NCBI GenBank assembly: GCA_035360515.1
Contig: DAOSAY010000009.1
Span: 7,674-71,673, forward strand
DNA length: 64,000 nt
DNA from: Bacteroidales bacterium
GTDB lineage: Bacteria > Bacteroidota > Bacteroidia > Bacteroidales > VadinHA17
Direction: 5' to 3'
The position numbers were made by a program, and so were the translations under genes. Of this stretch, positions 55,799-64,000 are shown in pieces. Within the stretch, counting starts at the first letter, position 1; the number at the start of each line of letters is the position of its first letter. The notes under the pieces were generated by a model, which searched no databases, was not told the DNA's origin, and saw nothing but the letters and a program-made list of their open reading frames with translations.

Positions 55799-56823
55799 TT
55801 CATTTTACGCAGGTTTTTTTCCCATTCCCATGCTGATTTAAGGGCATCACCAAGAGAATATTCAGTTTTCCAGCCGAGCTCTTTATTAGCCAGGGTGGCA
55901 TCGGCCCATATTTTCTCAATATCTCCCGCTCGGCGGCCGGTAATTCTGTATTTTAATTTTATCCCTGTTACTTTTTCAAAAGTGTTAATTATTTCAAGGA
56001 CTGAAACTCCTTTACCGGTGCCAAGATTGAAAATTTCGTAATCTTTCTTGTTGCTGCCTCCAATAAGGCGTTCAACAGCTTTTACATGAGCCTTTGCAAG
56101 GTCGGAAACATGGAGGTAATCTCTGATGCATGAACCGTCGGGTGTATTATAATCGTTTCCGAATACTTTGAGTTCGTCCCTCAGTCCAATAGCTGTTTGT
56201 GTAATGAATGGTACAAGGTTTTCGGGTACACCTCTGGGGAGTTCGCCTATGAGAGCAGAAGGATGTGCTCCTATTGGATTAAAGTATCTGAGTGAAATTG
56301 CCTTTATTTCATTGGAAGCCACAGTTGTATCTTTTATGATATCTTCACAAATTTTCTTAGTATTACCATAAGGTGAAGTTGCAGGTTGCAGGGGCGAATC
56401 TTCTGTAACAGGAAGCTTGTCGGGCTGTCCGTAAACTGTGCATGAAGATGAGAACACCATGTATTTTACCTGGTGTTTTTTCATCATTTCAAGGATATTT
56501 ATTGTGGAGAGGATGTTATTGCGGTAGTATACGAGGGGTTTTTCCACCGATTCACCAACAGCTTTGAATGCTGCGAAATGAATCACGGCTGATATACCGG
56601 GGTATTTTTTGAAAAGATTGTCGAGTCTGTCTATTTCGCAAAGGTCGAAAATTTCCAGAGGAGGTGTTTTCCCGGTTATCATACCAATACGGTCATTTAT
56701 CCAGGCTTCCGAATTATGCAGGCTATCAACGGATACAACCTCAAAGCCCTTCTCTATCAGTTCAACCACTGTATGAGAACCTATATATCCAGTTCCACCT
56801 GTTACCAGTATAAGATTTTTCAT
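55795..56823 (-). CDS. galE: UDP-glucose 4-epimerase
   Basis: VTGGTGYIGSH, YGNTKKICE (YxxxK), and DGSCIRDYLHVSDLA. Confidence 0.85.
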   Translation of the reverse strand: MKNLILVTGGTGYIGSHTVVELIEKGFEVVSVDSLHNSEAWINDRIGMITGKTPPLEIFDLCEIDRLDNLFKKYPGISAVIHFAAFKAVGESVEKPLVYYRNNILSTINILEMMKKHQVKYMVFSSSCTVYGQPDKLPVTEDSPLQPATSPYGNTKKICEDIIKDTTVASNEIKAISLRYFNPIGAHPSALIGELPRGVPENLVPFITQTAIGLRDELKVFGNDYNTPDGSCIRDYLHVSDLAKAHVKAVERLIGGSNKKDYEIFNLGTGKGVSVLEIINTFEKVTGIKLKYRITGRRAGDIEKIWADATLANKELGWKTEYSLGDALKSAWEWEKNLRKMK

Positions 56824-56824
56824 T

Positions 56825-58117
56825 TTAAAGACTCCAGTATCTGATATTTTTTATTTTTCCCCTGTAGATGCCTTTCACATCTACTAAAACTCCATCGGAA
56901 TTCAGCAATGATGTGAAGTAGTTTTCATCCAGGTCGAGATACTCTTTATGACTAACTGCGACAACCACAGCATCGTAGATGCCCGAAGGAGCTGTGGCGA
57001 GTTCAATACCGTATTCTTTTTTCACTTCCTCCGGCGATGCACCAGGGTCAACCACCTCCACTGTTGCACCAAAATCCTTCATCTCATTGATAACATCCAC
57101 TACTCTTGAATTCCGAATGTCAGTCACATTTTCCTTGAAGGTAATACCCATTACAAGTATGCGTGCATCTCTTGGGTTTTTTTCGTTCGCAATGATCTTT
57201 TTTATAGTTTGTTTGCCTACATAACGGCCCATGCTGTCGTTCACAAACCTGCCTGAGTCGATAATCTGCGGATGGTATCCCAGCTCTTTTGCCTTATATG
57301 AAAGATAGTAAGGGTCGACACCGATACAGTGGCCTCCCACAAGGCCTGGATAAAATTTAAGGAAGTTCCATTTTGTTGAAGCAGCTTCAATTACTTCATA
57401 AGTATTGATGCCCATCCTGTTAAATATGATAGAGAGTTCATTCATGAAGGCGATGTTGATGTCGCGTTGTGTGTTTTCGATGATTTTTGCCGCTTCAGCT
57501 ACCTTAATAGAACTTGCCCTGTAAACTCCAGCTTCGATGATCAGCTCATAAACCCTTGCAATTTCTTCAGCCGATTCAGCATCACAGCCGCTGGTGATCT
57601 TAACAATTTTCGTAAGGGTATGATTTTTATCTCCTGGATTAATTCTTTCGGGGGAGAAACCAACTTTAAAATCTTCTTTATACTTTAATCCGGAAAATTT
57701 CTCAAGAACAGGTACACAGTCTTCTTCGGTACAGCCCGGATAAACAGTGGATTCATACACCACATAGTCTCCTTTTTTCAATATGGTGCCCACTGTTTCC
57801 GAAGCGCTGAGTACTGGTTTAAGGTCGGGGAGGTTATGTTTATCGATAGGGGTTGGGACCGCTATAATATGGAAAGAGGCTTCCCGTAAATCATCCGGAT
57901 TGGATGAAAAATATATATCGGTGCCTTCAAATTCTTCTGGGGGCAGTTCATTACTGGGATCAATTCCCTTTTTCATCATTTGAATACGGTCTTCTTTTAT
58001 GTCAAAGCCTATTACACTAAGCTTTTTTGCAAATGCCAGTGCAATTGGCAGCCCGACATAACCTAGACCAATTACTGAAAGTTTGGTTTCTTTATTTATA
58101 AGTCTGTCAAATATCAT
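56825..58117 (-). CDS. wbpA: UDP-N-acetyl-D-glucosamine 6-dehydrogenase-like nucleotide-sugar dehydrogenase (WbpA/TviB type)
   Basis: VIGLGYVGLP Rossmann motif, GGHCIGVDP catalytic Cys region, ~430 aa, and context with wbpB/D/E-like genes. Confidence 0.75.
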   Translation of the reverse strand: MIFDRLINKETKLSVIGLGYVGLPIALAFAKKLSVIGFDIKEDRIQMMKKGIDPSNELPPEEFEGTDIYFSSNPDDLREASFHIIAVPTPIDKHNLPDLKPVLSASETVGTILKKGDYVVYESTVYPGCTEEDCVPVLEKFSGLKYKEDFKVGFSPERINPGDKNHTLTKIVKITSGCDAESAEEIARVYELIIEAGVYRASSIKVAEAAKIIENTQRDINIAFMNELSIIFNRMGINTYEVIEAASTKWNFLKFYPGLVGGHCIGVDPYYLSYKAKELGYHPQIIDSGRFVNDSMGRYVGKQTIKKIIANEKNPRDARILVMGITFKENVTDIRNSRVVDVINEMKDFGATVEVVDPGASPEEVKKEYGIELATAPSGIYDAVVVAVSHKEYLDLDENYFTSLLNSDGVLVDVKGIYRGKIKNIRYWSL

Positions 58118-58118
58118 C

Positions 58119-59078
<960 letters not shown>

Positions 59079-59101
59079 CTATTAAAAATCAGGCAGTAAA
59101 A

Positions 59102-59680
59102 CTAACAAATTTTAGAAACGTTTCCATTTTCAAGCTTATACTTTTCACCGCTTTCCGGGCATACTGCAATGCCATTTTCATCAAAGTTAAGACGGTGACC
59201 GTATTCGCTCATCCATCCTATTTGCCTGGCCGGATTGCCTACCACAAGAGCATAAGGCTTTACGTCTTTTGTTACAACAGCTCCGGCTCCAACAAAAGCA
59301 TAACGGCCGATGCGGTTACCACAGATGATAGTGGCATTGGCTCCTATTGTGGCACCTTTCTCAACAATTGTGGTTACATATTTATCCCTCCTTACAATGG
59401 CGCTTCTCGGATTGATGATATTGGTAAAGACCATTGAGGGCCCAAGGAAAACATCATCCTCACAAATAACACCCGTATAAATTGATACGTTATTCTGGAC
59501 CTTTACATTTTTTCCAAGTTTTACTCCCGGTGAAACGACCACATTCTGACCAAGGTTACATCCTTCTCCAATTTCACATCCTGTCATAATATGGCTGAAA
59601 TGCCATATTTTCGTTCCTTTTCCGATTTTACAACCTTCGTCAATTACTGCTGTTTCATGGGCAAAATATTCTTTTTCCAT
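59102..59680 (-). CDS. wbpD: Left-handed beta-helix N-acetyltransferase, WbpD-like
   Basis: Hexapeptide repeats throughout, with a C-terminal [17 protein letters not shown] tail typical of WbpD-like enzymes. The start is set at ATG 59680 (MEKEYFAHE) rather than TTG 59704. Confidence 0.7.
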   Translation of the reverse strand: MEKEYFAHETAVIDEGCKIGKGTKIWHFSHIMTGCEIGEGCNLGQNVVVSPGVKLGKNVKVQNNVSIYTGVICEDDVFLGPSMVFTNIINPRSAIVRRDKYVTTIVEKGATIGANATIICGNRIGRYAFVGAGAVVTKDVKPYALVVGNPARQIGWMSEYGHRLNFDENGIAVCPESGEKYKLENGNVSKIC

Positions 59681-59707
59681 ATTATTGTTTTTATTTACAA
59701 TCAAAAA

Positions 59708-60832
59708 CTAAAAGAATTCAAGAACAGATTTTGCAATGTATTCAAGCTGTTCCCTTTCAATTTCTGGACATATAGGCAGGGAGAGCACTTCTTTGCAAAG
59801 CTGTTCGGTTACAGGCAGATCTCCCTCATTCCATCCCAGGTATCTGTAGGCTTTCTGCATATGTATAGGAAGGGGGTAATATATCATTGTCGGGATATTC
59901 CTCGACTGCAGATGTTTTTTCAGAAGATCTCTTTTTCCGTTGAGAACTCGTATGGTATACTGATGGAATATATGTGTTGAGTTTTCTGTTCTGCCGGGTA
60001 TAATTATTTCCGGGCAGCTGGCAAAAGCTTCATCATAAAATAAAGCGGCCTTTTGCCGTGCTTCATTGAAACTATCGAGGTATTTAAGCTTTACGCGGAG
60101 TATGACGGCCTGAATGGTATCAAGTCGTGAGTTGACTCCAATGCATTCGTAATGATATCTTTCCTGCATCCCATGATTTGCAATACTTCTCATTTTACGG
60201 GCAAGCTCATCATCATCAGTAAAAATTGCACCGCCATCGCCATAGCATGCAAGGTTTTTTGAAGGAAAAAAAGAAGTTGTACCTGCTATGCCCATCGTTC
60301 CTGCTTTTTTTCTTTTTCCGTCGCTGAAGATGAATTCAGCGCCTGTAGCCTGAGCTGTATCCTCAATAACGTAAAGACTATTTTCTTCTGCAATTCTTAA
60401 AATTTCTTCCATATCGGCACATTGCCCGAAAAGATGCACCGGAACTATAGCACGAGTTGAGGGGGTGAGTCTTTTTCTGATTTCAGCAGGTGAAATATTA
60501 AAGGTCTTTTCGTCAACATCGGCAAATACAGGCTTCAGTCCTAGAAGCGCCATTGTTTCTACTGTGGCAATAAAGGTGAAGCTTGTAGTTATGATTTCAT
60601 CACCCGGTTTGAGGCCAAGTGCCATGTAAGCGATCTGCAGTGCATCTGTTCCGTTGCCGCATGATATTACATGCTTTGCACCAAGGTATTGAGCCAGTTC
60701 ATCTTCAAACTTTTTTATTTCCGGCCCTTTGACAAAATTCGTTGAAAGTAGCACTTCATTTATGGCTTTATCTATCTCCGGTTTGAGTCTCTCATACTGT
60801 GCCCGTAAATCGGCCATCTGTATCGCTTTCAT
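59708..60832 (-). CDS. wbpE: DegT/DnrJ/EryC1 PLP-dependent aminotransferase, WbpE-like
   Basis: Sugar aminotransferase pattern (NGTDALQIA, FFPSKNL with the PLP Lys), 374 aa, first gene of the cassette. Confidence 0.75.
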   Translation of the reverse strand: MKAIQMADLRAQYERLKPEIDKAINEVLLSTNFVKGPEIKKFEDELAQYLGAKHVISCGNGTDALQIAYMALGLKPGDEIITTSFTFIATVETMALLGLKPVFADVDEKTFNISPAEIRKRLTPSTRAIVPVHLFGQCADMEEILRIAEENSLYVIEDTAQATGAEFIFSDGKRKKAGTMGIAGTTSFFPSKNLACYGDGGAIFTDDDELARKMRSIANHGMQERYHYECIGVNSRLDTIQAVILRVKLKYLDSFNEARQKAALFYDEAFASCPEIIIPGRTENSTHIFHQYTIRVLNGKRDLLKKHLQSRNIPTMIYYPLPIHMQKAYRYLGWNEGDLPVTEQLCKEVLSLPICPEIEREQLEYIAKSVLEFF

Positions 60833-60914
60833 AGAATATCAATGGTTTTGAAACACGAAGTTAGCACAATTCTGCTTATTGAAACATAAAGCTGAAATAT
60901 TGATTTATTTTTCT

Positions 60915-60922
60915 TAATTTTG
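60915..60922 (+). promoter_or_regulatory. -7 promoter box (TAATTTTG) for the SPOR-domain gene
   Basis: Exact TAnnTTTG, 20 nt upstream of GTG 60943. Confidence 0.4.
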
Positions 60923-60942
60923 CTTTAACAATATCTACTTCT

Positions 60943-61926
60943 GTGGACATAGTTGCAATTATAAGGGAACTGCTTTTCAGTCACGACTGTGTAATAATTC
61001 CGGGCTTTGGGGGATTTATAGGTAATTATTCACCTGCCCGCACAGATAAGGAGAGCTGCACATTTTACCCGCCAGCCAAGCGCATTTCATTCAATCGCAA
61101 TCTGAACCAGAACGACGGACTTCTTATTAGCAGAATATCAGTTGCAGCAAATTTAAATTATAATGAAGCAAAAGAGCTTGTAGAGGATTTTGTGGCTGAT
61201 ATCAAAAGAAGGCTTACCAGAGGAGAAAAAGTGACATTTGAGCGGATAGGAACATTTGTAAACAACAGTGAAGGGAATGTGCAGTTTGAGCCTGACAGGG
61301 ATGTGAATTACAACCTTAACTCATATGGCCTTGCTCCATTTCAGTTCCCGATGCTTGAAGGCTACGACGTGCGTAAAAGGTTGATGGGAGACTCTTATGA
61401 AGATACTGTCAGAAGTGTAAGTATAAGAAGATATCTCTGGAGGGCTGCAATCTTAGTCCCTCTTATAGGAGCATTGATTGCAGTGCCACTTACTACAGAT
61501 ATTTTCAAAACAAAGGTTCAGGTTACCAGTCTCAATCCTCTGATAACAGCCATATCTGACAGCGGAGTAAAAGAGAAACCCGCCGTAGATGAAACAAGAG
61601 GTTTGCTGTCGGACAGTATAAGTGAGAAGATTGTTGATCAGGTTCAGAGTGAACAAAGTACTCCTGCAGTCAATATTTCAGAACCTGTTCAGCAAATGCC
61701 CCATGAAGAATACGGAATAATAACCGGCAGTTTCAAATCGGAGTCAAATGCTTTGTTGCTGGTAAAAAAACTGGCAGGGGAGGGCTATTCTGCAGAGATA
61801 ATTCAGGGAGCCAATGGATTTTACAGGGTGAGTGCTCTCCGGTGCAAATCTCTTTCAGAAGCAGAGTCTGTAAAGAATAGTATGGAGGCCCGCTACCCGG
61901 GTGCCTGGATAGTAAAGTTAAAATAG
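60943..61926 (+). CDS. SPOR-domain protein with N-terminal HU-like (HU-CCDC81) domains
   Basis: The N-terminus IIRELLFSHDCVIIPGFGGFIGNY is typical of HU-CCDC81 bacterial proteins. One TM segment, and a C-terminal SPOR domain (YGIITGSFKSESNALLLVKKLAGEGYSAEII..NGFYRVS). GTG start. Confidence 0.75.
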   Translation: MDIVAIIRELLFSHDCVIIPGFGGFIGNYSPARTDKESCTFYPPAKRISFNRNLNQNDGLLISRISVAANLNYNEAKELVEDFVADIKRRLTRGEKVTFERIGTFVNNSEGNVQFEPDRDVNYNLNSYGLAPFQFPMLEGYDVRKRLMGDSYEDTVRSVSIRRYLWRAAILVPLIGALIAVPLTTDIFKTKVQVTSLNPLITAISDSGVKEKPAVDETRGLLSDSISEKIVDQVQSEQSTPAVNISEPVQQMPHEEYGIITGSFKSESNALLLVKKLAGEGYSAEIIQGANGFYRVSALRCKSLSEAESVKNSMEARYPGAWIVKLK

Positions 61927-63960
61927 TTATTTAACCACGCTTCCGTTATCGGTTTTTTCAACAGGAGAAACAAGTACAAGTTTACCGCCAGGTTCTTCAG
62001 CCATAAGGATCATCCCTCTCGATTCTATTCCTTTTATTTTTCGAGGTTCAAGATTGGCTATTATAAGAATCTGTTTCCCAACCAGTGTTTCAGGCTCATA
62101 GTATTCTGCAATGCCCGATACTATTGTGCGTATATCGGTGCCACAGTCAATCTTCAATTTAAGCAGTTTGTTTGTTTTAGGCACTCTTTCAGCTTCCAGT
62201 ACCGTAGCTGTGCGGATATCCATCCTTGAAAAATCTTCGTAAGAAACAGGTTCTTTAAGGGGAGATGCTGCTGCTGACACAGTCTCATTCTCCCTGCGGG
62301 TCTTCATTAATTTTTCAATCTGCCTGTTTATAGTTTCGTCATCGATTTTTTCGAACAGGAGTCCTCCCTTGCTGACCTGATGGCCCGGTGGCAGGAGTTC
62401 AGTTTTTCCGGCATCATTCCATGTGAAATTGCTGAGGTTGATCCATTCCCGGAGTCTCTTCATTGAAAAAGGAAGGAAGGGCTCAAGAATGATGCTCAGA
62501 TTGGCAGTAATCTGTAGTGAGATATTAATAATTGTTTTGACTCTATCCGGATCGGTTTTGATTAGTTTCCAGGGTTCAGTGTCGGCAAGATATTTGTTTC
62601 CTAGCCGTGCGAGGTTCATGGCCTCTTTCAGGCCTTCCCTGAATCTGAAGTTTTCAATTGCTTCACCAGTGGCTTTTGTAAGCCGTGATATTTCATCAAG
62701 TACTTCTTTGTCAGGATTGTTTAATATACCAGGTTCAGGTACCCTGCCAGAGAAGTAGTTGTTTGTAAGAACGAGTGTCCGGTTAATGAAATTACCGAGT
62801 ATAGCAACGAGCTCATTGTTATTGCGTGCCTGAAAATCTTTCCATGTAAAGTCATTATCTTTTGTTTCGGGAGCGTTGGCGCAGAGTGTATATCGAAGGA
62901 CGTCCTGTTTTCCCGGGAATTCTTCTAGGTATTCATGCAGCCACACTGCCCAGTTGCGTGATGTGGATATTTTGTCATTCTCAAGGTTCAGAAACTCGTT
63001 TGCCGGCACATTGTCGGGCAATATGAATGATCCTTCGGCTTTGAGCATCACCGGAAATATGATGCAATGGAACACAATGTTGTCTTTGCCGATGAAATGA
63101 ATTAGCCTTGTTTCGGGATCTTTCCAGTATTTTTCCCATTCTGGTGTAAGTTCCTTAGTGGCGGAGATATAGCCTATAGGTGCATCGAACCATACGTATA
63201 GCACTTTTCCGCTGGCATTTTTCAGAGGAACTGGCACACCCCAGTCGAGGTCGCGGCTTACTGCACGTGGCTGAAGACCCTGGTCGAGCCATGATTTGCA
63301 CTGGCCGTAAACGTTGGGTTTCCATTCGGTATGTTCTTCAAGAATCCATTTTTTCAGCCATGGCTCATACTTATCGAGTGGCAGGTACCAGTGAAGGGTT
63401 TCTTTAAGCACAGGCTGACTTCCGCTGATTGCAGAACGCGGATTGATAAGGTCGGACGGACTCAGAGAGCTGCCACACTTCTCACATTGATCTCCATAGG
63501 CATTTTCGTTATGGCAATGTGGGCATTCTCCTATGATATACCTGTCGGCAAGAAAGCAACCGGCTTCGGTATCGTAGTACTGAAGTGATGTCTTTTCAAT
63601 GAATTCTCCTTTGTTATAGAGTTTCAGGAAGAATTCCGAAGCAGTTTCGTAGTGTATTTTGTTGGTTGTACGTGAATAAATGTCAAAAGCGATTCCGAAA
63701 TCCTCGAATGCTTTTTTGTTCATTTCATGGTACCTGTCCACTACCTGCTGTGGGGTAATTCCTTCTTTGCGTGCCTTGAGGGTTATTGGCACACCGTGCT
63801 CATCAGATCCACAGATGGAGATGACATCTTCTCCTTTAAGACGAAGGTAGCGGGTATAGATATCGGATGGCACGTACACACCTGCCAGATGGCCGATATG
63901 TATTGGCCCATTTGCATATGGCAATGCTGAAGTAATCAGGTACCTTTTGAATTTCTTCAT
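61927..63960 (-). CDS. metG: Methionyl-tRNA synthetase
   Basis: [12 protein letters not shown] (HIGH), zinc knuckle [24 protein letters not shown] (KMSKS), and a C-terminal EMAP-like tRNA-binding domain. Confidence 0.95.
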   Translation of the reverse strand: MKKFKRYLITSALPYANGPIHIGHLAGVYVPSDIYTRYLRLKGEDVISICGSDEHGVPITLKARKEGITPQQVVDRYHEMNKKAFEDFGIAFDIYSRTTNKIHYETASEFFLKLYNKGEFIEKTSLQYYDTEAGCFLADRYIIGECPHCHNENAYGDQCEKCGSSLSPSDLINPRSAISGSQPVLKETLHWYLPLDKYEPWLKKWILEEHTEWKPNVYGQCKSWLDQGLQPRAVSRDLDWGVPVPLKNASGKVLYVWFDAPIGYISATKELTPEWEKYWKDPETRLIHFIGKDNIVFHCIIFPVMLKAEGSFILPDNVPANEFLNLENDKISTSRNWAVWLHEYLEEFPGKQDVLRYTLCANAPETKDNDFTWKDFQARNNNELVAILGNFINRTLVLTNNYFSGRVPEPGILNNPDKEVLDEISRLTKATGEAIENFRFREGLKEAMNLARLGNKYLADTEPWKLIKTDPDRVKTIINISLQITANLSIILEPFLPFSMKRLREWINLSNFTWNDAGKTELLPPGHQVSKGGLLFEKIDDETINRQIEKLMKTRRENETVSAAASPLKEPVSYEDFSRMDIRTATVLEAERVPKTNKLLKLKIDCGTDIRTIVSGIAEYYEPETLVGKQILIIANLEPRKIKGIESRGMILMAEEPGGKLVLVSPVEKTDNGSVVK

Positions 63961-64000
63961 AACACGAAAACGTTCAGATTATTAAAAACTCCGCAAATAT

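Overview
Densely packed chromosomal segment with clear Bacteroidota character. It carries the T9SS core operon porP-gldK-gldL-gldM-gldN, rpoN, and a TAnnTTTG -7 promoter box upstream of most transcription units. I count about 50 CDS, mostly housekeeping: ispG (partial), rnr, metK, asnS, rpoN, rbfA, trpS, topA, a PBP1A gene, radA, panD, panC and metG. I saw no tRNA, rRNA, CRISPR array, IS element, transposase or integrase. Four regions go beyond routine annotation. (1) 2639-7311 is a tightly coupled five-gene cassette: PqqD-type peptide-recognition protein, HprK-like kinase, Ser/His S26-type peptidase, McjD-like ABC exporter and an uncharacterised nucleotidyltransferase. It looks like RiPP or lasso tailoring and export machinery, but has no cyclase or other core maturase and no visible precursor gene. 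This is my best candidate for an uncharacterised system. (2) 27171-33740 is an operon of three large uncharacterised envelope proteins plus a possible small membrane ORF. (3) 54460-54714 is an internal glmS fragment abutting a precursor-only Wbp-type nucleotide-sugar cassette (54734-60832). (4) There are two protein-level oddities: a LolC/E permease fused in frame to a former lipoprotein, and an arginase-fold protein with degenerate metal ligands between topA and the T9SS operon. All functional calls rest on motifs read from the translations and on recalled family knowledge. No database search was possible.
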